Positions 19,982 through 30,357 of a DNA stretch of 64,000 bases are shown here, one piece after another. Positions within the stretch are counted from its first letter, which is position 1, and each line of letters opens with the position of its first letter. Origin of the DNA: Bacteroidia bacterium (GTDB lineage: Bacteria; Bacteroidota; Bacteroidia; J057; JADKCL01); the NCBI GenBank assembly GCA_046329055.1, contig JAXLVK010000013.1, positions 17,959 to 81,958 of the forward strand. The letters run 5' to 3'. A program made the translations under genes and the position numbers. A model generated the notes under the pieces. It was not told the origin of the DNA. It did not search any database and worked only from the letters and a program-made list of their open reading frames with translations.

Positions 19982-21163
19982 ATGTATCTACGAAAATCAA
20001 TTCATTTGCTTGCCCTACTGCTGCTGCCCTGCCTCTGGGGCATCGCTCAACCTGCGATTACGGTGACCGGGCCCGCAGTTCCCGCGCTCAGGGATGGGGC
20101 GGTTGCCTGGGCTGACTATGATGGCGACGGGTTGCAGGACCTGCTAGTCTGTGGCCGGGACACCTCCGAAGTGCGCCGTACCCTGTTACTCCACAATTCG
20201 GGCATGTCCATGGACATCGACACATCTCAGCAGCTTGTGGCCTTGTCCTCTGGTGACGCAGCTTGGGCGGACATGGATGGTGACGGCGACCCTGACCTCG
20301 TGCTCACAGGAGAGACCGCCCCGCGTCAGGAGGTGACCTTGGTCTATCGCAACAATGGCGGCAATCTTGCATTGCAAGCCACCACGAGCCTTCCTGGCCT
20401 CTCAATGGGCAGGGCGAGGTGGGCCGATTTAGATGGGGACGGTGACAGCGACCTGTTCCTCACCGGGTTCAATACGATGGCTGGTTTCAAGGGCATCATT
20501 GGCCGGAATGATGGTGGCGGAGTTTTCACTGCTGTGGAGAATCCTGCTTATGCGACCCGTGACTGGACTGCGGTGGGCATCGGGGACATTGATGGCAACG
20601 GGTTGCCCGACATTGCGTTCTCGGATGTATCGCCACGGCTTTCCGAGGGTATGCGGACAGTGGTCCTGCGGAACAATGGCGGCTTGCATTTCTCTACATT
20701 GCCATCGCCCGTGCCGGGAATGTACGGAGGCAGCATGGAATTCGGGGACTGGGACGGCGACGGTGACCGGGACTTGCTGGCATCAGGTTTTGGCACCAAG
20801 CCACAGACAGGAATCTACAAGTACCATTCTGGGCAATACTTGGTTACTGGCATCACATTGATGGAGGTGGGCAGCGGCGAGGCGCGCTGGGTGGACCTAG
20901 ATGTGGACGGCGACCTGGATGTGGTGGTGTCTGGCATGTCCATGGCGGGGCCGCAGACGCGGGTCTATCTCAATAGCGGGGGCATCCTGTCACTGGTGCA
21001 GGGTCCATCGAACATGCCAACACTTCATCAGGTGCGGATGGCATTCGCCGACTGGAACGGGGACGGGCATTCGGACATGGCGATCATGGGGCAGAATGAG
21101 AATGGGGATCCAGAGACTTACATCGCGACTTGGAACAATGCTTTGCAACAATTCAAATTTTGA
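19982..21163 (+). CDS. FG-GAP / VCBS repeat protein (secreted)
   Basis: Signal peptide (LLALLLLPCLWGIAQP) and seven repeats of the Ca-binding motif: WADYDGDGLQDLLV, WADMDGDGDPDLVL, WADLDGDGDSDLFL, IGDIDGNGLPDIAF, FGDWDGDGDRDLLA, WVDLDVDGDLDVVV, FADWNGDGHSDMAI. Confidence 0.85.
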   Translation: MYLRKSIHLLALLLLPCLWGIAQPAITVTGPAVPALRDGAVAWADYDGDGLQDLLVCGRDTSEVRRTLLLHNSGMSMDIDTSQQLVALSSGDAAWADMDGDGDPDLVLTGETAPRQEVTLVYRNNGGNLALQATTSLPGLSMGRARWADLDGDGDSDLFLTGFNTMAGFKGIIGRNDGGGVFTAVENPAYATRDWTAVGIGDIDGNGLPDIAFSDVSPRLSEGMRTVVLRNNGGLHFSTLPSPVPGMYGGSMEFGDWDGDGDRDLLASGFGTKPQTGIYKYHSGQYLVTGITLMEVGSGEARWVDLDVDGDLDVVVSGMSMAGPQTRVYLNSGGILSLVQGPSNMPTLHQVRMAFADWNGDGHSDMAIMGQNENGDPETYIATWNNALQQFKF

Positions 21164-21164
21164 C

Positions 21165-21872
21165 ATGACCATGGAAACCAACACTGAATTATTGATGAAA
21201 GTGGATCCCGAGGTCTCGGGAGGAAAGAAGAAAGTCCCATCGCGCAAGTGGCCGCTTGTGTACAAGGGATCACTTTTGATCTTGAACGCGACCGTTCCTC
21301 TCTCCTCCTTCCTGCTTGCCCTTTTAACCTTGCTCCTCTTGGCCCCCTCCCTGCCTGCGCAGTACACGCCACTGGGCTACTGGCACTTCAACATTGGCGC
21401 CCCTGGCGACGACGCAACTGGCAATGGAAACAATGTGAACCTGAACGCGAATCAGCTTAACCCTGGGATTCAGTCGCCGATTGCGGGATGGTACCATAGC
21501 GCGCCCGATGTGCAGAACACCGCTGGCGTGAATGGCCCTTTGGACAACCTCTCCACCATGGCGGAGGTGGGCGTGGAGTTCTGGATCCGGGTGCGGCAGG
21601 GCAACTGGGAGGGCAATGTCCACTGGCTGGATAAGTTCCAGCTGGGGTTCACCGACCGTGGGCTGGACTGGGATGTGCTTACTGCCACCGGGATGCGCAG
21701 CCTGCACGTGGACCTGTACGGCGTGGGCGCAGCGGATCCCTACACCTTGCTCGGTGGGGACTGGCACCATGTGGCGGCATTCTACAGCTCCCGCACTGGC
21801 GACCAACGCATTTATATCGATGGCGTCTGCCCGCCGGGATTCTTCATTCACCACCCTCGGGCTCTCCATTGA
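21165..21872 (+). CDS. N-terminal fragment (signal/TM plus most of a LamG/concanavalin-like domain) of the large T9SS cargo gene that continues at 21869
   Basis: MTMETN...LSSFLLALLTLLLLAPSLPAQ, then LamG-like ...VEFWIRV...GDWHHVAAFYSSRTGDQRIYIDGV. The reading frame ends inside the domain. The last LamG strand (ADLDEFAVYDTVL) is in the next ORF in a different frame. Confidence 0.6.
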   Translation: MTMETNTELLMKVDPEVSGGKKKVPSRKWPLVYKGSLLILNATVPLSSFLLALLTLLLLAPSLPAQYTPLGYWHFNIGAPGDDATGNGNNVNLNANQLNPGIQSPIAGWYHSAPDVQNTAGVNGPLDNLSTMAEVGVEFWIRVRQGNWEGNVHWLDKFQLGFTDRGLDWDVLTATGMRSLHVDLYGVGAADPYTLLGGDWHHVAAFYSSRTGDQRIYIDGVCPPGFFIHHPRALH

Positions 21873-24800
21873 ACAACGGTGGCGTGCTGAACTTTACCCA
21901 CAGCGGTGCGACCGACCACTTGGTCGCGGATCTGGACGAGTTCGCGGTCTATGACACGGTCTTGCCCCCGCAACTGGTCTGGGAGCATTATCAGCAGGGC
22001 CTTGCGGGGCAGGCCATCAATTATACACAGCAGAGCCCAGTCGCCACCTACCCCTTCCCCGGCCCGGTCGAGGAGGGCGAGGTGAACTTGCTAGAATTCC
22101 CTCCCGCATGGCCCAACGTGCCGCTCTCGCCGCTGGAGCTGTTCAACACCTACCCGCATCCGAGGTACAGCGCTATTGATAGCATCCGGCCGTTGATCCC
22201 GTTTGTGGCGGACGCGGAGCCGTTCCGCCATGGCGCGGACATCCCACGTAGCCACTCGGAGGCCCGCCTCATGCTGGAGCATCTCGCCTGGGACTGGAAC
22301 TACTATATGTATTGCGGCAGCACCCACGGCAACTACATGTACTTCCACAGGGGCACCACGACGACTCCAGACTCCAACTATTACCAGTTCCATATCCTGC
22401 GGAGCCTGAACAACCCCGCCAACAACGGCTTGCCACGGTCGCTGATCACCTATTGGAACAAGATTTCGGAGTCCTTCCTGCATGACGGCGACACGCTGAG
22501 CGGCTATTACCGCTCGCCCATCATCCTGCAGCAGTCCGGCCTACCAGCGTGGTTCAACCCTCCTGCCCTTGCAGATTCCTTTTTCGTCCGCGACTCGTCA
22601 CTGGCCACGCCACTGTTGCCCTGGGGGCCGCCAGTCCGCGATGGGCTTCCGCAGCCGCCGGGCAGGTTCCGGCTGAACTGGGCGATGGCAGCACACCCCT
22701 TCTGGCCCCGGTATCAATTGCTGGGAAGCGATGGCTTGGTACAGGCTCAGTTGGTGGACACCTTTATGAGCTACCTCAGCAATCCCTACATCGACATGGT
22801 GGCTGAAAATGACGAGGTGGTGGGCATCTTTCCCGATCCTTTTGTGTTCGGGGACGCGGAAATCACCCGGGACTGGCATGCCAACTTCCCCGGATGGGAC
22901 ACCCGGGCCTACCAAGGCTTTCGGGGCAACCAATTCCGCTGGTCCTACCAGGTGCAATGGCTCAATAGGATCAACAGCCACAATGGCACCGCAGGTCGCC
23001 CCAACACGGAGACCTGGTGGTACGAAATGCAAGGAAGGCCACATAGCTACGCGCAGGCACGACCCATCATTGAGAACAGGGACGCGAGGCACAGGGCGGG
23101 TCCGACCTTCTATGCCAACAACCCGCATTGGTGGCGGCATGGAAGGAATTCATTAACAGGGATGGACCAACTCTGCATCTCCTTGAGGCATCAATTGGAG
23201 GCGGGGGACTCAATCTGGTTCCCGGCAGTCTCGCCAGGTTACAACGACAATGGCGATTGGAAGATCGAGGACGTGGACATGATACGGCCCGGGCAGTACC
23301 TGGGCGTGCTCAAGGCAATGGGAATCATGGGAGCTGAAAGCTATAATACAATGATACAGCAGTATAGCCCGCAAGCGGGGTTTTTCCAGATCCCGGCAAA
23401 CTGGCGCGCATGGCACCTGCCCATGGCGAGCTATGCACAGGCCGTCACGAGCCGCCTGCGCAGGTTCCTCTATGACGGCGAGGTGCTTGCGGGGGACACG
23501 GCTGTGACCTACAACAATGGCTCAGGCCCGACTTTCTTCACATTCAGCACCGGCAACAACAACGACCTGATCACCGGGCGCAAGCTGCGGGGGCAATTCG
23601 TCTATTTGATTGGGGCAAGCGCCCAGCGAACGGGCAACATGCAGAGCCAGGGCCCCAAGGAGAAGGTGGTGGCGTTCAGGTTCCATCATGACAATGGTAG
23701 CACGATCTATAACCACTTCCGCATCCGTGAGCGGCTACAGGGCAGCACCTACATCCTGGACAGGACCAATCCCACGGCCCCGGTCTTCTACCAGCTGGAC
23801 CGCTGGCACGAGTGGAAGGAGCCGGGCCACTGGTGCCGGGACTTTGACTGGGAGGCGGAGGTTTGGGACAGCGCGGCGGCGACAGCGGGGATCCTGACCG
23901 AGCGGCCCGTGCCCGCGACGAGCGGGGACTTCACAGAGTTCACGAGCTATGTGCGGCAGGGGAGCGGAGGCGGCTGGACGCGGTACTACTTCCGCCCGAC
24001 GGGCGACGACCAGGACACCTTGTATGCCTGGGTGCGGGCGCGCAACAACGCAGGCGTGGGCCGCGTGGTGCAGTTCCAGTCGCCGGGCGCGGGGTCGGGC
24101 TCCATCTGGGTGCAGCCGGACACCGCCTTTGGCTGGCATGGCAAGGACGTGAACGGGGTTCTCATTCCCTTGGGGCCGCTGGACACGAGCCTGCACTACA
24201 TCGAGGTGAGGCCGCAGGGGACGCTGGTGGACATCGACCGGGTGGTGCTGTTCCGCAACCCGATCGACTACACATCGATCCCGATGCTGGCCCTGATCCT
24301 GCCGCACAGCGACAGCGTCTGCCTGGGCGACAGCGCCTGGATCTGGAAGCGCATCGGCTTCATGGGCTGCATGGACTGGACGGTGGAATGGGGCGACGGC
24401 ACCCGCAGCTACGGCTCCGGCGACAATCCCCTCCAATACAGCGCCTACGAGGCGCACAAGTACCAGTATCCCGGCAGCTACGAGGTGGTGCTGACCGTGA
24501 CCAACATGACCCTGGGGGCGACCGAGGCGGACACGGTGGTGGTATTTGTGGGCGCGCCTGTGGTGGACGCCGGGGCGGACACGACGGTGTGCCGGGACAT
24601 GGGTGTGGTGCTGCAGGGTCATGTGGGGGCGGGCACGACAGCCTTCCACTGGCTGGGTGACACCGCGCTGAGCGACACCACCATCCTGAACCCGGTGGCG
24701 ACGGTGGGTAGCTCGCAGTACTTTTATCTGACTGCGGATTCCGGTGTCTGCTCCATGACGGACAGCGTCTGGGTCACTGCTGTTGGGCTGGACTCCGTGG

Positions 24801-27682
24801 CTTGGCAGGACACGGTGTGGATTTGCCTCGGGCAGCCGGACACGCTCATCGTGCATGGCGCATTCTATGTGGATTGGGACAGCGCCGATCCCGGCCTGAG
24901 CAGCTACCATTCCGCTGGCCCGATGGCGAATCCTGCGGTCAGCACGACCTACCACTTCACCGCGACCGACGTGGGCCGCTGCGACACCATCCGGGACAGC
25001 ATCGTGGTCATGGTGCGGGGCATCGCGGACCCGGACACCACCCTCTGTCTCGGCTCGGCTGTGACCTTGCACGCGGTGGGGGCCGGACCCTGGCTCTGGA
25101 CACCGGGCGGGGCCACGACAGACTCGCTGCTGGTTGCACCTTCCGTTTCCACGACGTATATTTTGCACATGGACTCCACTGGTGGATGCGACCTCGACTC
25201 CGTGCGCGTCAACGTGCTGCCCTTCGCCTGCTGCTGGGTGCCGGGGGCAACGATTTTGTTCCGGGAGCGGACGTCCACGCTGGGCAACCTCAATGGCGGG
25301 ACATTCCATGTGATCGACACGTTGTTTGTGGATGCGAACGCCTCTTTCATGGGGTGTACTTTCTGGATGGACTCGATGGCGGTTGTGTATGTGCTGCCCA
25401 ATGTGACCTTGCAGACACAGAACTGCACCTTCCAGGCGGCTTGCCCTTGGATGTGGGGGGGGGTGAAGTTGCAGGCTGCGAATTCGAGGTTTGTTTCATT
25501 CCGTGACCGGTTCCTTTCAGCGGTGCGGGGCGTTTGGTCGCGGGCAGGCGCGCCCTTTGACATCCGGGAGTCGCGGTTCGAGGGCTGCTGGGTGGGTGTG
25601 TACGCGGGCACGCTGGGAACGGGTGTCTCCGGACCGCATCCCGGCCGCATCGAGGGATGTACCTTCGGGGGCGCGGCCTTGCTGGCTCCGTACGCCGCGC
25701 ATCCACTTGCCTGGGCGGGTGTGGAGCTGAACCAAGTGGACGGGTTCACGCTCGGGGTTCCGCTCGGCCTGCAAAACAGGTTTGACAGGCTGCAGCATGG
25801 CTTGTATGCTGATCGCAGCAGCGTGACCGTCAATAACAACATGTTCACCAACATGCAGCGCGGCACCGTGTCGCCCTGGCTGGGGCTGGGGGCGGGAGTG
25901 CGCTGCGTGAATCCGCCCGGTGTGGGCTTCGGCAACTACTCCACGGTGGTGGGGCATCCCACGGCGACCACGCAACCCCAGCTGGGACAGCATGGCAACG
26001 TCTTCACGGCATGCTCGCTGGGGGTGCATGTGCGGGGGCGGACGGCAGTGCGGGTGAGGGGGAACACACTGAACTTCAACCGGACTGGGACTTCCCTGGG
26101 CAACCTTTCCACAGGCGCGAGCGGAAGCCTGGTATGGGTGGATTACAACAGGCATGAGAACGACTCGCTGGCGATCCTGGTCGGCAACTCCAGCAACATC
26201 AACGGGCATGTGGAGTGGAACACCATCAACGGGACGTCCGCATTTGCGACCGCCCTCCACCATGGCATCCGTTGCGAAAACCTGACACACAGTCCGTTGC
26301 CAGCGAGCAACTACCCCTTCCGGGTGTACAGGAACACCCTGAAACTGCGCGGCCACGGGATCTGGGTGCAGATGGGCAACAAGGCGCGCATACAGCATAA
26401 CAGCATCACCATCCTGCCGCAGCAACCCAATGACAGGCTGAGAGGAATCATGGTGAACTCCTCGCGTGACGCGCAGATTCATAAGAACCACCTGTACTCG
26501 AACTCGTTGGGGGCCAAGCTGAAGCAGGTTGAGGGCATCCATGTGTATGCCAGCGGCGGGGCTGCTGTGACCTGCGACACCACGGAGTCGTTTGGGCAGC
26601 ATGTGGTGTTTGAGGGGAAGTGCCTCGGCTCCACGTTCAAGGGGAATCGTATGGAAAAGGGGCTGACTGGCCTGGTGTACCTGCAGCAAGGGGAAATCGG
26701 GCAGCAGGGGGGTCCTGGCCTCCCGACTGCCAATCAATGGGTGGGTGTGTTTGACACGGCGCATACGTATGCGTATTTCTCAAATGGGTTGGCCTCTGTT
26801 CTCTGGACGAGCCCTGGGGGCGTATGGGAGCCGACAGTGAATCGAGCTTCAACAGGGTTCCTTCCTATGACACCGCAGATCACGAATTCAGGCGCCTATT
26901 CCTGCCCCACCCTGCTGTCCGCCAACTCCAAGGTGGATGCCGTCATCGATGCAGCCCGTGCCACAGCACCCACGACCACACTGGACAGCGCGATAGACTA
27001 TCGGGCCAAAGAGTGGGCTTATGAGGAGATACTCGATGACTCCTCGCTGCTGACGGCCGACACGACGATACAGAGGTTCTATGACAGCGTGGCCATTCGG
27101 GACATGGGCGCTGCGGTGAGGGCAAGCAATGAGCTTGAAAAACCTGACACCACGACCGCCATCATTGAGACAGCCCTGGTCAGCCCCATCACGGACATCC
27201 TCGGCAACCACAAGGAGGCGCTGGAGATCAGGGTGGACGATGGCGAGATCGACTCTGTTGAGCTGTCACAACTGCTGGCGTTGGCGGCGCAGTGCGAGGA
27301 GTTGGGCGGCAAGGCCGTGAACATGGCCCGCTCCATGCTGGCCCTGGAGGGGATCTACATCTGGGAGGACCCTGAATGCGGGCCGCCCCCCAAGGAGGTG
27401 AGGAAGGCGGGGATCAGCGACCAAGAGGCAACCGCTTATGGCGCCGAATGCTGGCCCAACCCGGCTGACGGGATGGTCTTCCTGAAGTTCGCCGGGGCGG
27501 AGGTTGCCGGGACGCTGACCGTCCACGGAAGCTCGGGACAGGTCCTGCTGTCCCGCAGGTTCGACTACACCGGGGAGCCGATCGCCATTGACACCCGGCA
27601 CTGGGCTCAGGGCTTGACCCTGGTGTCCGTGGAAACGGTGGATGGCAGGCGGTTTGCTTGGAGAGTGGTCTTGCAACGATGA
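21869..27682 (+). CDS. Very large secreted protein: end of LamG domain, Ig-like modules, right-handed parallel beta-helix repeats, T9SS type A C-terminal domain
   Basis: 1937-aa ORF. It contains repeated Cys-containing Ig-like modules (DTTVCRDMGVVLQG..., DTTLCLGSAVTLHA...) and beta-helix-like repeats (NNNMFTNMQ..., VRGNTLNFN..., VYRNTLKL..., IQHNSITIL..., IHKNHLYSN). The C-terminus is CWPNPADGMVFLKF...GLTLVSVETVDGRRFAWRVVLQR. Confidence 0.8.
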   Translation: MNNGGVLNFTHSGATDHLVADLDEFAVYDTVLPPQLVWEHYQQGLAGQAINYTQQSPVATYPFPGPVEEGEVNLLEFPPAWPNVPLSPLELFNTYPHPRYSAIDSIRPLIPFVADAEPFRHGADIPRSHSEARLMLEHLAWDWNYYMYCGSTHGNYMYFHRGTTTTPDSNYYQFHILRSLNNPANNGLPRSLITYWNKISESFLHDGDTLSGYYRSPIILQQSGLPAWFNPPALADSFFVRDSSLATPLLPWGPPVRDGLPQPPGRFRLNWAMAAHPFWPRYQLLGSDGLVQAQLVDTFMSYLSNPYIDMVAENDEVVGIFPDPFVFGDAEITRDWHANFPGWDTRAYQGFRGNQFRWSYQVQWLNRINSHNGTAGRPNTETWWYEMQGRPHSYAQARPIIENRDARHRAGPTFYANNPHWWRHGRNSLTGMDQLCISLRHQLEAGDSIWFPAVSPGYNDNGDWKIEDVDMIRPGQYLGVLKAMGIMGAESYNTMIQQYSPQAGFFQIPANWRAWHLPMASYAQAVTSRLRRFLYDGEVLAGDTAVTYNNGSGPTFFTFSTGNNNDLITGRKLRGQFVYLIGASAQRTGNMQSQGPKEKVVAFRFHHDNGSTIYNHFRIRERLQGSTYILDRTNPTAPVFYQLDRWHEWKEPGHWCRDFDWEAEVWDSAAATAGILTERPVPATSGDFTEFTSYVRQGSGGGWTRYYFRPTGDDQDTLYAWVRARNNAGVGRVVQFQSPGAGSGSIWVQPDTAFGWHGKDVNGVLIPLGPLDTSLHYIEVRPQGTLVDIDRVVLFRNPIDYTSIPMLALILPHSDSVCLGDSAWIWKRIGFMGCMDWTVEWGDGTRSYGSGDNPLQYSAYEAHKYQYPGSYEVVLTVTNMTLGATEADTVVVFVGAPVVDAGADTTVCRDMGVVLQGHVGAGTTAFHWLGDTALSDTTILNPVATVGSSQYFYLTADSGVCSMTDSVWVTAVGLDSVAWQDTVWICLGQPDTLIVHGAFYVDWDSADPGLSSYHSAGPMANPAVSTTYHFTATDVGRCDTIRDSIVVMVRGIADPDTTLCLGSAVTLHAVGAGPWLWTPGGATTDSLLVAPSVSTTYILHMDSTGGCDLDSVRVNVLPFACCWVPGATILFRERTSTLGNLNGGTFHVIDTLFVDANASFMGCTFWMDSMAVVYVLPNVTLQTQNCTFQAACPWMWGGVKLQAANSRFVSFRDRFLSAVRGVWSRAGAPFDIRESRFEGCWVGVYAGTLGTGVSGPHPGRIEGCTFGGAALLAPYAAHPLAWAGVELNQVDGFTLGVPLGLQNRFDRLQHGLYADRSSVTVNNNMFTNMQRGTVSPWLGLGAGVRCVNPPGVGFGNYSTVVGHPTATTQPQLGQHGNVFTACSLGVHVRGRTAVRVRGNTLNFNRTGTSLGNLSTGASGSLVWVDYNRHENDSLAILVGNSSNINGHVEWNTINGTSAFATALHHGIRCENLTHSPLPASNYPFRVYRNTLKLRGHGIWVQMGNKARIQHNSITILPQQPNDRLRGIMVNSSRDAQIHKNHLYSNSLGAKLKQVEGIHVYASGGAAVTCDTTESFGQHVVFEGKCLGSTFKGNRMEKGLTGLVYLQQGEIGQQGGPGLPTANQWVGVFDTAHTYAYFSNGLASVLWTSPGGVWEPTVNRASTGFLPMTPQITNSGAYSCPTLLSANSKVDAVIDAARATAPTTTLDSAIDYRAKEWAYEEILDDSSLLTADTTIQRFYDSVAIRDMGAAVRASNELEKPDTTTAIIETALVSPITDILGNHKEALEIRVDDGEIDSVELSQLLALAAQCEELGGKAVNMARSMLALEGIYIWEDPECGPPPKEVRKAGISDQEATAYGAECWPNPADGMVFLKFAGAEVAGTLTVHGSSGQVLLSRRFDYTGEPIAIDTRHWAQGLTLVSVETVDGRRFAWRVVLQR

Positions 27683-30117
27683 AGGCACAGTCAGTAAATG
27701 GAATGAAAAGACTCTGGGCATATATGGTGGTCTTGCTGTGCGGGGGGTTGCAAAGCCTCCCCGCGCAGCAGGACTGGTCCTGGGTCTTCGGGGATTCCAT
27801 CCTGATGCGGTTTCCGGGAGGCGGGACGCCCGTGGTGGACTCGCTGGCCCGGACGACATACAACTTTGAAACTATTAGTTGCATATCAGATTCGTTAGGC
27901 AACCTCCTTTATTATGTCGGAGAGGATTCGCTCTACAGGGCCAATGGGACGGTTCCGCCCGGGGGAATGGATCTCCATTTGAGCGGGCTTACTAATGGCT
28001 CAATTCTTGTACCCGTCTGGGGCAAGACCGAATACCTATCATTCATTGTGAGCTTTTTATGTCCCAATTCGATGTGTCCCTATTTGTCAAAAATATCCAT
28101 TACTGATGGTCAAGATAGTGTTGTGCTAAATGCAAGCCTTGGGATTTACCAGCCTTTCAATCCATTGGCGGAGAAAGTGTCTGCGGTGCGAGACGCAGGT
28201 GGCACGGGTTGGTGGGTGCTTTATCATGGCGGACACGACAAGGTGTTCATCAAATTCCATGTGGAGGGTGACCGTGTGGCTCCGATGGTATTGCAATCCA
28301 TAGGTTCCCTGCATGAGGGTATATTCCAGAACCCTTATTTCACGATTGGGGAAATAACGTTCTCCCCCCAAGGAGACAAACTGCTGGTGGTCACCTACAC
28401 TGGCATCGTGGACATCTTCGACTTCGACAGATGTACGGGGGAGCTGAGCAACTGGGACAGCCTGGGAACTACGGCCCCATTGCAACCGGGACCCAACACC
28501 TTTTATGGCTGCTCCTTCTCCCCGGACGGCACCAAAATCTATGTATCCGAGGGCGATGTCCCTCCAACCGTCAACCACCTCTACCAATGGGACTTGACAG
28601 CATCAGACATCCGGGCGAGCAAAACGCTTATCTTCACGGCACCGAATTCGGTGATCCTTGGGCAGCATCAATTGGGGCCGGATGGGAAGATTTACATGAC
28701 CCAATTGAATCAAATCGACTCCTTGAATCCAGCCAATTACGCATTGTCTGTCATCAATGACCCCAATCAAGCCGGGACGGCCTGCAACTTCACCTACCTC
28801 AGTTTGGGCCTGAAAGGCCGCCGTACCACAGGCAGCCTCCCCAACCTCCCGAACTTCAACCTCCCCCCTATGGTGGCGCAAGTCGCGGAGGCGGGGCCTC
28901 GGCCTCCCAAAATCTGCCCCGGCGACAGTGTGCGGATCGGCTACCCGGACAGCACGGGCGGGGTGGTGACCTACCGCTGGAAGCCACATGCGGGCATCGA
29001 GGACACCACCGCTGCATATACCTGGGCCGCGCCGGACACCACGACATGGTACTACCTTACGGCGGTGGACACGCAAATGGGATTGCCCTGCGGGAAAACG
29101 GTGGACTCGGTGCTGGTGGAGGTGGTGGCACAGGGCGAGATTCCGAATGTGAGCTTGGGGGCTGACACCACCATCTGCACCGGGACGGGCGTCACGCTGG
29201 ATGCAGGGCTGGTGCTGGGATGGGAGTACTTATGGAGCAACGGGGACAGTCTGGCACAGATCACCATCTCGGGTGCCGGAGCCTATTCAGTGACAGTGAC
29301 GAACCCGGCGGACACCTTGCACTGCTACAAGGATGTGGACACGATTCTCTTAAGCAATTACCCCGCCCCGCAGACGCTACCTGTCGACTTCGCGGGCGGC
29401 GACACGGTGGCCTGCAGGGGTGACACGGTGCGGCTGGGCATGGTTTCTGTGCCGGGCTGGAATTACCTCTGGTCGCCGGGCGGGTGGCTGGACTCCACGA
29501 CTGTAGCGGAGCCGCAGTCGTGGAGTCTTGTCACGCAGGTGTATGCGGTGGTGGCGACCGACAGCGCGAGTGGCGGGGTCTGTGCATTGATGGTTGACTC
29601 GATCCTTGTGACTGTGGAGCAGCCCTTCGTGCATGAGGCTCCAGGTGATGTGACTTTCTGCCCCGGGGAGTGCTTTGAGATCGGTGTTGCGTCAGTTGCT
29701 GGACTGGATTATCGCTGGTCGCCAACCACAGGACTGAGCGACGCGACCGCCGCGCTCACGCGGGCGCAGCCTGTGTCAAGCATGGTCTATACCCTCACTG
29801 TCACGAATCCCACCATGCAGAGCGCGAACTGCCGCGAGAAGCAGTTCGCGGTCGTGGCCAGTGCAGACGCATGCAACAGGCCCACTTTCATAGCCAAAAA
29901 CGGTAATGGGATCGCGGAGATGCTGGACTTGGGTGACCATGCCGGGCGGGTGGAATTGCGGGTATGGGACGTGGCGGGGCGGCTGGTGTACCGCGACATG
30001 GACTACCGCAATGACTGGGACACCGCTGGGCTGGCCCACGGAATGTACATCTACCAAGTGGCAGTCAAGGGCGAATGCCCGTCCAGCTTCACGGGGAAGA
30101 TCCTGGCGCTGCGATGA
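27679..30117 (+). CDS. Secreted beta-propeller/Ig-like protein with T9SS (type-B-like) C-terminal domain
   Basis: ATG overlaps the upstream stop (ATGA). Signal peptide is MKRLWAYMVVLLCGGLQSLPAQQ. Propeller-like motifs are SPDGTKIYVSE and GPDGKIYMTQ. The C-terminus is FIAKNGNGIAEMLDL...RVWDVAGRLVYRD...GMYIYQVAVKG. Confidence 0.8.
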   Translation: MKAQSVNGMKRLWAYMVVLLCGGLQSLPAQQDWSWVFGDSILMRFPGGGTPVVDSLARTTYNFETISCISDSLGNLLYYVGEDSLYRANGTVPPGGMDLHLSGLTNGSILVPVWGKTEYLSFIVSFLCPNSMCPYLSKISITDGQDSVVLNASLGIYQPFNPLAEKVSAVRDAGGTGWWVLYHGGHDKVFIKFHVEGDRVAPMVLQSIGSLHEGIFQNPYFTIGEITFSPQGDKLLVVTYTGIVDIFDFDRCTGELSNWDSLGTTAPLQPGPNTFYGCSFSPDGTKIYVSEGDVPPTVNHLYQWDLTASDIRASKTLIFTAPNSVILGQHQLGPDGKIYMTQLNQIDSLNPANYALSVINDPNQAGTACNFTYLSLGLKGRRTTGSLPNLPNFNLPPMVAQVAEAGPRPPKICPGDSVRIGYPDSTGGVVTYRWKPHAGIEDTTAAYTWAAPDTTTWYYLTAVDTQMGLPCGKTVDSVLVEVVAQGEIPNVSLGADTTICTGTGVTLDAGLVLGWEYLWSNGDSLAQITISGAGAYSVTVTNPADTLHCYKDVDTILLSNYPAPQTLPVDFAGGDTVACRGDTVRLGMVSVPGWNYLWSPGGWLDSTTVAEPQSWSLVTQVYAVVATDSASGGVCALMVDSILVTVEQPFVHEAPGDVTFCPGECFEIGVASVAGLDYRWSPTTGLSDATAALTRAQPVSSMVYTLTVTNPTMQSANCREKQFAVVASADACNRPTFIAKNGNGIAEMLDLGDHAGRVELRVWDVAGRLVYRDMDYRNDWDTAGLAHGMYIYQVAVKGECPSSFTGKILALR

Positions 30118-30357
30118 GGGCCGGGAAAACACGATAGGGATCGGAGGGGCGCGAAGCGGTCGCGGCACGCGACGGGACCCCCGCAGAGCCCGACCCCGGA
30201 GGCCGAGGCACGAGGCCGCAGGGGGATCGCCCAAGAAAGCAAACCACATTTCATTCATCGTAACTGGCATTGCTGATTGATCTCGTCTATTTCGGGAATA
30301 ACCCTCAATTGATTATCATTGTAACAGAGGATGGAAAAATGACCGTCCAGCCGGAGA

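Noticed and set aside
20901-21164. Upstream extension of the LamG-fragment ORF (20901..21872) into the FG-GAP gene
   Set aside because: This part overlaps the 3' end of the well-supported FG-GAP gene in another frame and translates to Trp/Arg/Cys-rich junk. The ATG at 21165, directly after the FG-GAP stop, precedes a proper signal/TM segment.
23735-26764. Minus-strand ORFs 23735..25309 (524 aa), 24949..25935 (328 aa) and 25517..26764 (415 aa)
   Set aside because: They lie antisense to the 1937-aa beta-helix/T9SS gene. Their composition is Arg/Pro/His/Gly-rich junk with no domains.
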